From a virus: a stretch of 64,000 nucleotides of DNA. Below, in pieces: positions 17,919 through 26,945 of this stretch; position 1 is the first letter of the stretch, and each line of letters starts with the position of its first letter. The notes beneath the pieces are model-generated. The model was not told the DNA's origin and searched no databases. It saw only the letters and a program-made list of their open reading frames with translations. The position numbers and the translations under genes are program-made. Where the stretch lies: positions 1 to 64,000 of IMG/VR virus record IMGVR_UViG_3300023109_000007, one strand, 5' to 3'.

Positions 17919-19311
17919 ATATATCTTTCATCTCAGGAAATGTTTCTTCAAATGTTATACCACGCTGTGTGTCACATCTACTAAGGAATTCTTTCATCTC
18001 TGGAAGTCGTTGGCTCCAATCTTCACTTTCCATAAAGTTAAGGATGCCATTTAATCTTTTGATACCATATTCAGCTTGCATAAAGTCTTCTTTAGTAATC
18101 TTACCTTTATGCCAACTTGGAACTCCAAGTTCCCAGTTTTCTTCCCACCATGGATACCATGCTTCGTATTTTGCTCTACATTTTTCTTTAAAGTCTGCAG
18201 GCAAGCTCTTTACATTTAAATGTGCTGGCCAGTATACAAAGTGCTGACTAATACCGCCTGCACCAAATGGCCACATGTTAATTTTCTTAAACTTCTGCTC
18301 CAACTTCCATTGTATAAAGTCTGGCAAGTAGTATACGTTTAGTGCTTGCACTGCACACGCAATAGTTACTTCAACATTATCACTTGTTTCATTATCTAAT
18401 CTATGAAACGTGTTTACTTGGTTTTCCCAATTGCTAGGATAACGAATGTAGTCATTCATTTCTTTAATGCTGTCTATACTATAATGGAAACGTACTAATT
18501 TAAATTCTTTCCATAGGTCAAATAAATCATCGCGCCATTCAACTCCGTTTGAATTATAACGTAGTTCTAAGTCTTTAGCGTAGCCCATTTTGATTGCGTG
18601 TTCAAGTATTTCATAGTGTTCTTCAATAATAAGACTTTCGCCGCCTGCAAAATAAATTTGCTGCATACTAGGCATTTGTTCATAGAACTGTTTCCAAAAT
18701 GTAGGATTCTGTTTATGCCAATTATAACTACTACCGTTAGTGCTGCCTTTGTTATCCCACTGCATAATTTCTTTGAGACTTTTGTTTTCAACAGCAGGAA
18801 AGATTGCTTTCCAGTCTTTGATCCAACCTGATGAATCATGAGGACTGCACATAACACATGCTAACTGACACTTAGTACCAAAGCGTAAATCAATGTATGC
18901 CAAGTTAGGAGGAACACTACCGTCTTCGTTTGTTTCTTGTAATACCTTATCAACATCAACACGCTGACTCCAGTAGTGTGTTTCCCACATACGCTTACTA
19001 CGATGTCCAGCTGCTTCTTCTTTATAACACTTTAAACAACTGGGAGGTTTCTCTCCTGCAAGCATTTGTTTGCGTACATTCTTCATGTAGTCGCTATTCC
19101 ATGCACTTTGAAAATCACTAACATTTAAATTGTTAGGACGTCCTTCGTCATCTTTTAGTATGCCTACTTGGCCGCCATGCTCTTTATCATTAGTTGGGCC
19201 AACTGAACTAGCGTTTGCTGTACAGCATACTCGCATACTGCCGTCTGGTCTTGTGCTTAGATGTACCCACGGTAGTAGGCAAAATGTTTCTGATGGTAAT
19301 TTATTTGTCAT
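17905..19311 (-). CDS. Radical SAM protein with N-terminal twitch domain (subfamily B)
   Basis: FCLLPWVH...RVCC...CLKCYKEE..GHRSKR; DLRFGTKCQLACVMC; SSGW; AGGES; YNSNG; YIRYP. Confidence 0.9.
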   Translation of the reverse strand: MTNKLPSETFCLLPWVHLSTRPDGSMRVCCTANASSVGPTNDKEHGGQVGILKDDEGRPNNLNVSDFQSAWNSDYMKNVRKQMLAGEKPPSCLKCYKEEAAGHRSKRMWETHYWSQRVDVDKVLQETNEDGSVPPNLAYIDLRFGTKCQLACVMCSPHDSSGWIKDWKAIFPAVENKSLKEIMQWDNKGSTNGSSYNWHKQNPTFWKQFYEQMPSMQQIYFAGGESLIIEEHYEILEHAIKMGYAKDLELRYNSNGVEWRDDLFDLWKEFKLVRFHYSIDSIKEMNDYIRYPSNWENQVNTFHRLDNETSDNVEVTIACAVQALNVYYLPDFIQWKLEQKFKKINMWPFGAGGISQHFVYWPAHLNVKSLPADFKEKCRAKYEAWYPWWEENWELGVPSWHKGKITKEDFMQAEYGIKRLNGILNFMESEDWSQRLPEMKEFLSRCDTQRGITFEETFPEMKDIFDGL

Positions 19312-20302
19312 TTAATTTCTCAAATCGTTGTGTTGCAACTTTATTTTGTTTACAATTTTCTGTGCATTTCGAAAACTTTTCGTTCATGATAGCAGTATAT
19401 AAGTTACTATACCAGTCACTGTCGTAGATATCTTGTATACTATTTGATCCGTTTAACCTGTGTTGGTCAGGACTATAAAGTTTACTATAATCTTTTAGAT
19501 TTTCAAATCCCCACCTAGTTCCCCACCAGCAGCAAGGAAGAACATAACCGTGGTGTGTAATATATACACCATGATCGTCTATACTTCCAGTAAGACATTT
19601 TGGTGCTATTATTGATGAAATTATCTTTGGTGTTGCTTTCTTATCAATGTTGTGTTCTGTTTTGCCAATATTAGGTCTAGCACTTCCTATAAACTTTACT
19701 TTAGAAAATCCTTCACTAGTTGCATAATCTTCAACTAGATGTGCTTGATGTTCATTGTGTGCAAAATATATAAATTGCCAAACTGCGTTTCCGCCGTTTG
19801 CTATGTATGTTCTATAATTTTCTTGTACTCTATTCCAAACAACATTTATCCTATAAAGATGATTAGTGTCTTCAAACCCATCAAGGCCCCATGTTACATT
19901 AAGGCGATTGCCGGATTCGGCAGACATTTGTCCTAGCTCTTTCCAAAATTCTTTAGTGCGTGTACCGCCGTTAGTAGCAATAGAAATCTTAGGTTTCATA
20001 GGAAATAGATCATCACTAGATAGAATCCACTTTACAATTTCAATTAGATCAGGATTAGTTGTTGCCTCGTCGTAGTTACCGCACATATGTATATGTGTTA
20101 AACTTGACCAAGTATCTTTATCAAACCAACTTTTAAATTGTTCTAAACTTATGTACGTATCATTTAATGTAATAGGATACATCTCATCTTTGATATTCTT
20201 ACGAACCTTTGACCTTGCACAAGCCGGACAAGCAGCATTACAATAGTTAGACATTTCAATTTGAACCTTAACTTGATCTTTAACTAAAATTTTCCAACTC
20301 AT
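19301..20302 (-). CDS. Radical SAM protein with C-terminal twitch domain (subfamily A)
   Basis: CNAACPAC; CGNYDE; ATNG; GLDGFEDTNHLYR; FAHNEHQ; PCCW...CTENC. Confidence 0.9.
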   Translation of the reverse strand: MSWKILVKDQVKVQIEMSNYCNAACPACARSKVRKNIKDEMYPITLNDTYISLEQFKSWFDKDTWSSLTHIHMCGNYDEATTNPDLIEIVKWILSSDDLFPMKPKISIATNGGTRTKEFWKELGQMSAESGNRLNVTWGLDGFEDTNHLYRINVVWNRVQENYRTYIANGGNAVWQFIYFAHNEHQAHLVEDYATSEGFSKVKFIGSARPNIGKTEHNIDKKATPKIISSIIAPKCLTGSIDDHGVYITHHGYVLPCCWWGTRWGFENLKDYSKLYSPDQHRLNGSNSIQDIYDSDWYSNLYTAIMNEKFSKCTENCKQNKVATQRFEKLNDK

Positions 20303-21348
20303 TTTTGTTCTACTATTTCGTTTTGATATGCTTTATTGTATGCGCATGTTCTTATACAACGCTCTATATGTTTATTGTGTTTAGGGTTCCAGCTTTCCTC
20401 AAGTACATTCATATAGTAAGGTTGTTGCATAACTTCTTCTATAGATTGTGTTTTTAAACTATTCCAGCTGTCAGGATAATCACTAAGTTTTTCTGACATA
20501 TTGTCTATATCTTTAAATGCGCTATCCCATAAAAAACAACACGGCCACATTTGTTGTTGTGCATTAATAAACATTTCACCTTCGTGTACATACTTACATG
20601 AAATTGTATTAATGATACTATTGTCAACTTCGTTATTAGCAATTAGTTTATCTAACTTGTAAACTTCATCTTTACGTTTATGTTCGTTCTTGCCTGTAGT
20701 AGTAATTACTTTTGTTTCTTTATTGTTTTTCTTACCAATATGAGATATCCATTGATGATAACTGTTACGCATTCCTGTGCGAGTAGCAAATTTAAATCCT
20801 AAACGTTTAGCATGTTGTTTTGCTATATCAAGTTCGTATTCGTTATGATCAAAAACAATAAAGACCCATTGTGCTTTGTGAGTATATTCTCCAACTGTTT
20901 CACAAAATGCATTTATATTTCTTTCAAGAACACTCCATTTAGTGTTTACTCTATAAATATGATTTGTTTCTTTATGACCATCAATACACCATTGCATGAA
21001 AAACTTTTGATGATACTGGTTTGCTAGTTTGCCTATTCTACGCCACATGTCTGCTGTACCTACAGCACCGTTTGTACTAATGTTTGCTTTCCCGCCATGT
21101 TGTAATACGTATTCTAACATATCAGCAAGCTGAGGATGTATTGCTGGATCGCCTAATACACCACAAAATTTAAATTCTTTATCTGCTATATGATTAGTAG
21201 TAGGAAATATTCTCTGCAGATCTTGCAGTGAAAAACTGTTTATTCTCAGCAAATCATTATGAATTGTTCTAGCACAGCCTGGACAGGCTGCATTGCAATC
21301 GCTGGTAATTTCTAGTTCAATTTTTTTAACATCATTAATTGTAAGCAT
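20299..21348 (-). CDS. Radical SAM protein with C-terminal twitch domain (subfamily A)
   Basis: EITSDCNAACPGC; CGVLGDP; STNG; CIDGHKETNHIYR; FDHNE; PCCF...CIRTC. Confidence 0.9.
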   Translation of the reverse strand: MLTINDVKKIELEITSDCNAACPGCARTIHNDLLRINSFSLQDLQRIFPTTNHIADKEFKFCGVLGDPAIHPQLADMLEYVLQHGGKANISTNGAVGTADMWRRIGKLANQYHQKFFMQWCIDGHKETNHIYRVNTKWSVLERNINAFCETVGEYTHKAQWVFIVFDHNEYELDIAKQHAKRLGFKFATRTGMRNSYHQWISHIGKKNNKETKVITTTGKNEHKRKDEVYKLDKLIANNEVDNSIINTISCKYVHEGEMFINAQQQMWPCCFLWDSAFKDIDNMSEKLSDYPDSWNSLKTQSIEEVMQQPYYMNVLEESWNPKHNKHIERCIRTCAYNKAYQNEIVEQK

Positions 21349-21353
21349 AACTG

Positions 21354-21377
21354 TACTTATTTGTTCTAAGATAAATA
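21354..21377. promoter_or_regulatory. Back-to-back late-promoter-like motifs (ATAAGTA on minus strand, ATAAATA on plus strand)
   Basis: Minus strand: ATAAGTA(21360-21354)-CAGTT-ATG(21348). Plus strand: ATAAATA(21371-21377)-TTTGT-ATG(21383). Both motifs lie exactly 5 nt from the start codon, with no Shine-Dalgarno. Confidence 0.55.
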
Positions 21378-21382
21378 TTTGT

Positions 21383-21991
21383 ATGAATTGGTTAGACTTA
21401 ATAGAACAAACACAACATTGCCAAAGAAATTGGGATCTTGATAAATCTGTAGATCAAGAAATAATTGATTGGCTATTTGATGTAGGTTATACAATGCCTA
21501 CTAAACAAAACTTATCATCCTTTCAAATAGTAGCGTTTACTGATAGGACAATGATTGAATATCTTACAGCAAGTGCTGTTAATAAAGGATGGCACGGTAG
21601 ACAAGTGAAGAATCCACAAATGTTAGCTCCGGTGGTATTTACATTTTTTGAAAAACAAGACAGAGACGAAAAAAAACGTAGTCAAGAAAAGCGTCAAGGC
21701 AATAACACAACTATGACAGAAATTGGTTTGGCTGCTGGTGCTATGGCATTGGCTGCAAATAATATTGGTCTACGAACCGGATTTTGTAAATGTTTTTATC
21801 CGTTAGAAAGTGGAAAAGATAAGAAAAATAAGGTAGCAAGAGCATTAAGGAATTACAAAATCAAAGGCAAAGATATAGGATTAGCATTAGGTGTAGGATA
21901 TCCTGTTGAAGGATTACTTAGTAATATAGACAATAACAAGTTTGACCATGGTCAATTTAAAAAGAAACCTCAGACTAAAATTATTATTTAA
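21383..21991 (+). CDS. Nitroreductase-family flavoprotein
   Basis: HCQRNWD (RxSxRxF-like), PTKQN, EIGLAAGAMALAANNIGLRTGFC and LGVGYP. It is the only credible plus-strand gene. The start was set at the ATG at 21383 rather than the track's 21293, which overlaps the divergent gene. Confidence 0.8.
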   Translation: MNWLDLIEQTQHCQRNWDLDKSVDQEIIDWLFDVGYTMPTKQNLSSFQIVAFTDRTMIEYLTASAVNKGWHGRQVKNPQMLAPVVFTFFEKQDRDEKKRSQEKRQGNNTTMTEIGLAAGAMALAANNIGLRTGFCKCFYPLESGKDKKNKVARALRNYKIKGKDIGLALGVGYPVEGLLSNIDNNKFDHGQFKKKPQTKIII

Positions 21992-23051
21992 ATTGTTCTG
22001 CAAACGGATCAAACTCTGCGCCGCATTTCATTGCACACACTTTTAACTTGCCGTCACCGCAACTAGACTTTGTCCAGCTGTCTTGTATGCGTTCAAATAT
22101 TCCCGTAGCAAACACTGCTTCTAAACCGTTCCGTGCTTGTAAGGCGCTTATATCAGGTATAAAGTCCCATATTTGTTCTACTTTAGGATCTTTGTGCCAC
22201 CATTTATACATTCGGCCAGCAGTCCAACAACAAGGTAACGCTAGGCCCTCTGCTGTTATGAATAAGCTATTATCTTTCTTTACTTTACAAATGATAGGGG
22301 CTGCATCATAGTAAGCGTCCATAGTGCCGTACTTGTTAATAATTACTTCTTGCTTGCTAATTGCTTTGTTTTGATATTTTGCATCTGGTTTTTTAAGTTT
22401 AGAAGTTTTATTACCTTTTTTATCAACTGCTTGATGAGATTCTTTCTTTTTTGAATCTTGTGTAATAAAGCGTCCAGTCTTTTTCTTCATAAACTTTTCG
22501 CAGCCCCATTCGTTAGCAAGTGCTTCCGCTTCATCTACTTGATGCTGATTGTGTTCAAAAATTAGAAAGTCCCAACGTGCCCTGCCGCCTGCGTCAATAA
22601 ATGCTCGCATGTTGCGTTCTACGTTATCCCATACAACTCCTTGGCGATATAAATGATTAGTGTCACGCAAACCGTCCACACTAAATATGACGGAGCCCAT
22701 CCTTCCAAAAACTTCAGCCAGCTGTCTCCACCACTTTTCATTTTTTGCCCCTGCGTTTGTATTCATACTTAGCCACATATTAGGATTGTGTAATCTAAAA
22801 TATTGAAATATTTCTAATGTGTCTTTAGCAACGATAGGATCTCCCAAGTTGCCACACATATACATTGTATCTAATTGTGCAATAAATTCTTTTGTAAAAA
22901 TATTTTTGCAATCGTCTAATGATAGTTCATCTAAATTAATGTGCGGATTTAATCCTTCGCCGTTCATATTACGGTCACACATTGGACAATTGGCTTGGCA
23001 GTTTTGTGTAACCTCAAGGTGTATTGTTTTTATATCTTCGTATCTATACAT
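21984..23051 (-). CDS. Radical SAM protein with C-terminal twitch domain (subfamily A)
   Basis: EVTQNCQANCPMC; CGNLGDP; NTNAG; SVDGLRDTNHLYR; FEHNQHQ; PCCW...CAMKC. Confidence 0.9.
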   Translation of the reverse strand: MYRYEDIKTIHLEVTQNCQANCPMCDRNMNGEGLNPHINLDELSLDDCKNIFTKEFIAQLDTMYMCGNLGDPIVAKDTLEIFQYFRLHNPNMWLSMNTNAGAKNEKWWRQLAEVFGRMGSVIFSVDGLRDTNHLYRQGVVWDNVERNMRAFIDAGGRARWDFLIFEHNQHQVDEAEALANEWGCEKFMKKKTGRFITQDSKKKESHQAVDKKGNKTSKLKKPDAKYQNKAISKQEVIINKYGTMDAYYDAAPIICKVKKDNSLFITAEGLALPCCWTAGRMYKWWHKDPKVEQIWDFIPDISALQARNGLEAVFATGIFERIQDSWTKSSCGDGKLKVCAMKCGAEFDPFAEQFK

Positions 23052-23268
23052 CCATTATCAACTTTACATCTTTACCAGGACCAACTTTACTAGGCAGGTT
23101 GCCGTACTGTTCAACATACCATTCGATTACAGCCTTGTACCAGTTTTGACTGTTATGATGTGCTACTTTATTGAACTGCCAAATATTATTATTGGTTGCT
23201 TGCATTGTACTCAATGCCCTAGCACTCTCTGTTTGCAGTTCTCTTACACTTAGTTCATTTATATCCAA
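23044..23268 (-). CDS. Hypothetical protein (74 aa)
   Basis: Fills the gap between two genes and overlaps both in the operon-like pattern; no recognisable motif. Confidence 0.6.
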   Translation of the reverse strand: MDINELSVRELQTESARALSTMQATNNNIWQFNKVAHHNSQNWYKAVIEWYVEQYGNLPSKVGPGKDVKLIMDV

Positions 23269-24169
23269 TTAACATAAACCTCTTGTACTTGGGCAGTTCT
23301 AGTTCACCTGCATATAACGGACCTGTCATACGTGCCATGTTGCCAAACTCTTTGATGTCTTTAACACAATTAACATGTTCTTCTACTTCATAATAATTAT
23401 TACTTTGTAGAACTACTAATTTATCGTTTGGTATTAGATCATACCATTCTGAAAAGTTTTCTATGTGTTCGCAACTTGTGTTTATAATAGTATTAGGACT
23501 ATCTGTAATTGGATAGCTCATTCTATTGTTTGCGTTACTCCAATACTGCCATGTATGCTCATTATAATCAATATCCATTATATCTTGTGTAATACTTTTA
23601 AATCGCCATTGATCTACAAACCAAGGCTTGTTAAATACTTCAGCAATATCTACACAGCTAGGATCAATGTCGAAAGATCTAACTTTATCTACTTTAATGT
23701 TACTCTCAAATAACATTGTAGCTAGTGTAGCGTACCAACCTGCACACAAGAATACTGTGCCTAAGTCAACCTTAAGTTTTCTAAGTTCTTTTACTAACCA
23801 TAATTTACTTTCTAGTTGTCCTCTAGAAAAACAATCGTCCCAAATATTTGTTTCATTAACAAAAAAACTTTTGAATGCTGCTATAAATTGAGTGTCAGCG
23901 TAACAATCTAGTATGGGCCAAAGTTTCCATGTATTGTCTTCTAGTACAAGTTTCCTTAAATCATCGTTGTTACACAATCTAAAGATACTATGCAAATTTT
24001 GTTCTAGCACTGCTTTACGAAGTTCTTCAATGTCTCCAGATACATGATTAGGCATTAGTCTAAATATACTGCTAATGTCTTGGTCAATATATGCTCTACG
24101 TAGATCTGCTAATTTGCTGTTAGTAGGATACAGTAGTTCAAACCTATCTAATAACTCATGTGTTTTCAT
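23255..24169 (-). CDS. Putative class I SAM-dependent methyltransferase-like protein with N-terminal helical repeats
   Basis: FSRGQLESKLWL; VFLCAGWYA (degenerate motif I); RSFDIDP (acidic motif II); IINTSCEH. Start set at 24169 (GGAG at 24177-24180). Confidence 0.55.
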   Translation of the reverse strand: MKTHELLDRFELLYPTNSKLADLRRAYIDQDISSIFRLMPNHVSGDIEELRKAVLEQNLHSIFRLCNNDDLRKLVLEDNTWKLWPILDCYADTQFIAAFKSFFVNETNIWDDCFSRGQLESKLWLVKELRKLKVDLGTVFLCAGWYATLATMLFESNIKVDKVRSFDIDPSCVDIAEVFNKPWFVDQWRFKSITQDIMDIDYNEHTWQYWSNANNRMSYPITDSPNTIINTSCEHIENFSEWYDLIPNDKLVVLQSNNYYEVEEHVNCVKDIKEFGNMARMTGPLYAGELELPKYKRFMLIGYK

Positions 24170-25793
24170 TAAACTTCTCCTGAAGCCAATCAAAGTCATT
24201 TATTTTTTTAAGTGCTTCACTATCGCCTTGGCTTGCTGTTCCGTAAGCAGATCCTTGTCTAGCACCTTTGATAGCCCATTCGCCGTAAGGGCGCTCTTTC
24301 CCTACTGTCGTCCAGGTAAGTAAACGGTCATCTGTTTCTTCATTCTTTTGCCTATCAATTACTTTACTAGAAAGTTTACAACATTCTCTAAATGCACCTT
24401 TCCAAGTGCTAAACGGATCTGTATTAAAATTAGTTATACAACTAATATCTGGCATTGCTTTAAACTTTTCTGATATACTAGTTGTCATATCAGGCTTGCT
24501 AGTATCCATGTTAAGCGTAAGCTCTCTTGGCAATAGCTTTACGCCGCCGTATCCGTATACTAGATCGTTTATAGGATTTATACTACGCCATACATGTACA
24601 AAGCCTTCTTGTCCTTTATAACGGAAATCAAAACTATCTACTATCGTAGCATCGCCATCTACAACAAAAAATAAGTCAGTAGTACACAATTTAGCTGCTT
24701 CAATGTGTGCTTGATGTATGCCTTTGACTCCGTGTATACGTTGCGCTCTTGGAAAACGTTCTTTCAAGTTTTCCCAGTTTTCATCAGCATTAGGTTCATT
24801 ATAACTTATAAACACAATATCATAATCTTTAACTTTAGGATAACTTGCTACTGTTGCATGTTCTTTGCGCTGAGACACAAATCTATAGTCAAACTCTTTT
24901 TGTGTAATAGGATTATGTTTACTGCATAACACAATGCCATCAAAGTGATCTCCATTTAAGAACACGTGATTTATTGTTCTGTCGTATTCGTTATCATGTG
25001 AAAAATACATATCAAATTTGAATGCCTTTTCAACTTGTACTCTTTCAGGTACCATCCAAAACATTTCTGTCTTGCTCATCTTTAGTGCTTTGAGATAGTC
25101 TACATATGTAACAACTTCAAACTTTTCGTATTCGCAAGGTCCACTTGCTGTTATTTCCCACTCTTTTCTGTTTACAATAAACTTGTAATCTACTTGCTTT
25201 TTGTTAAGCTGCTTATGTATTGAACATAGGAAGACTCCATTATATAATTCTTTGCCTTCAACACTATGCACAAACGCATGATTTTCTCGCCTATCATAAC
25301 TGTTATGATGACTAAAGTAAAATCCAAGATCAAAGTTAGGATCAATTGTCAAGTTTCTGCTTACTACCCAAAATAGTTCTGTAGTAGTTTGTTCAAATGC
25401 ACGTTCGTATTCTTCAAATGTGTCTACATAGAAAAAATCGTACTGCTTGGGTACACTTATTTGTATGTCAACTTCTTTTTTGTTTACAAAAAATCTATGC
25501 TGTAGTTCCTTTTCTCTTATTTCTAAACGCTTTGGAAATAAGTTAATACCATCGTAATGTTCGCCGTTTTTAAAAAGATGAACGTATTCATTACTCCATG
25601 CATCAGGTACATAGTCAAAATCAAAATCGTCAAGTACTATTACGTCACTAGGTATGTACCAAAAGAATTTGGTAAAGGCTCTTTTTTGTGCTTGTTTAAA
25701 GCCGTCGCACTTTTTTACAGTAGGAAATTTAGATTTAAGTGTTTCATACTGTTCTGCATTTTTGTCATTTAGTTGATAGAATATATCATACAT
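24156..25793 (-). CDS. GT-A fold glycosyltransferase-like protein with three N-terminal repeated domains
   Basis: C-terminal YDIVFISYNEPNA...GVKGIHQAH...FFVVDGDA (DxD)...YGGVKL...AFREC. It is preceded by three ~105-aa repeats and is a paralog of 38691-39617. Confidence 0.7.
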   Translation of the reverse strand: MYDIFYQLNDKNAEQYETLKSKFPTVKKCDGFKQAQKRAFTKFFWYIPSDVIVLDDFDFDYVPDAWSNEYVHLFKNGEHYDGINLFPKRLEIREKELQHRFFVNKKEVDIQISVPKQYDFFYVDTFEEYERAFEQTTTELFWVVSRNLTIDPNFDLGFYFSHHNSYDRRENHAFVHSVEGKELYNGVFLCSIHKQLNKKQVDYKFIVNRKEWEITASGPCEYEKFEVVTYVDYLKALKMSKTEMFWMVPERVQVEKAFKFDMYFSHDNEYDRTINHVFLNGDHFDGIVLCSKHNPITQKEFDYRFVSQRKEHATVASYPKVKDYDIVFISYNEPNADENWENLKERFPRAQRIHGVKGIHQAHIEAAKLCTTDLFFVVDGDATIVDSFDFRYKGQEGFVHVWRSINPINDLVYGYGGVKLLPRELTLNMDTSKPDMTTSISEKFKAMPDISCITNFNTDPFSTWKGAFRECCKLSSKVIDRQKNEETDDRLLTWTTVGKERPYGEWAIKGARQGSAYGTASQGDSEALKKINDFDWLQEKFNENT

Positions 25794-25798
25794 ATCTT

Positions 25799-25827
25799 AT
25801 TATAACACAGATCATTTCATATGTCTA
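25799..25827 (-). promoter_or_regulatory. Sigma70-type promoter, probably giving a leaderless mRNA
   Basis: TAGACA-17 nt-TATAAT with extended -10 TG. The ATG at 25793 lies 5 nt after the -10. Confidence 0.6.
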
Positions 25828-26945
25828 GTATTTCCGTAAGAAACATGTTGATTTGATCCTTCGTAACTGCGCCACGGATCAAATACAATATAGTTACCTT
25901 CTGGTAACTTATCATTTTCATGTACTCTAACAACAACACTAGGAGTTTCATTTACTACCCAACCGCCTAGTTTTCTTACATAGTGTTGTACAAGTAAACT
26001 ATAACTACCGTCTACATATTCAACATCAGGTTTGTAACTATCGCTACTAAACTGTATTTTGTTTCCGTACTTTAATATTTCAATAGCCATATTTTTTGCT
26101 TGTATTTCTCTAGCGTTCATTACACTATCGAATATGTCGTAGCCTAGATTTAGTTTATCTGCCATGTAGCGCAAAGCTATATTATCTCTTGGATGACATG
26201 CGCCTCCATCGCCCATTCCTGCTTTCATATAGCTTGGCCCCATAATACGCTGTGTACTATCACGTAATGCTCCTGTCACAACATCAACATTAATGTTGCC
26301 TTGCTTTTGTGCAACATCTTGTACCATATTTACTAGTCCAATTTTTGTGCTAATAAAGGTATTGTAGAATACTTTGATGCATTCACATTCGTCCCAAGTA
26401 CCAATAACGTAGCGAGGATCATTTTCCATTATAGATTTATAAAAATCAACAAGTTGTTTTGCATCACCTGTTTCGGTACCATCTTCTGTACCTATCATTA
26501 CCATTTCAGGATTAACCATATCCCAAGCAACTGTTCCCATAGCAATCAAATAAGGATTGTATACAAAGCGTGTGTTAGTTACTAGCGGTATAAACTCTCT
26601 ACGCACTGTGCCAGGTAACACTGTGCTTATTAATACAAGTAATTGATCTTTTGTCATATGCTTGTTTGCTTCAGCAATTACTTCTTTAACAATGTCGTAT
26701 TGAAAATCTTTTGGCTCTAGATGTGCTGTTGGTGCTCTGCCATCGTAATCTGGATCATGAGGTGTTGGTACAGCAACAAATACAATATCAGCACCATTAA
26801 TTGCACTTTGGATTGTAGGGAACTGTGCTACATTACTATTGCCCCGTTTAGCAATATCATATCCAGTTACATTGTGTCCTTTTTCTGCAATAACTTCTGC
26901 ACAAGGCAGTCCAAGTTTCCCTAACCCGATAAATGCTATATTCAT
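25812..26945 (-). CDS. ugd: UDP-glucose/GDP-mannose 6-dehydrogenase family protein
   Basis: IGLGKLGLP Rossmann motif; FVAVPTP; STVLPGT; KVFYNTFISTKI; catalytic GGACHPRD. Confidence 0.9.
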   Translation of the reverse strand: MNIAFIGLGKLGLPCAEVIAEKGHNVTGYDIAKRGNSNVAQFPTIQSAINGADIVFVAVPTPHDPDYDGRAPTAHLEPKDFQYDIVKEVIAEANKHMTKDQLLVLISTVLPGTVRREFIPLVTNTRFVYNPYLIAMGTVAWDMVNPEMVMIGTEDGTETGDAKQLVDFYKSIMENDPRYVIGTWDECECIKVFYNTFISTKIGLVNMVQDVAQKQGNINVDVVTGALRDSTQRIMGPSYMKAGMGDGGACHPRDNIALRYMADKLNLGYDIFDSVMNAREIQAKNMAIEILKYGNKIQFSSDSYKPDVEYVDGSYSLLVQHYVRKLGGWVVNETPSVVVRVHENDKLPEGNYIVFDPWRSYEGSNQHVSYGNTRHMK

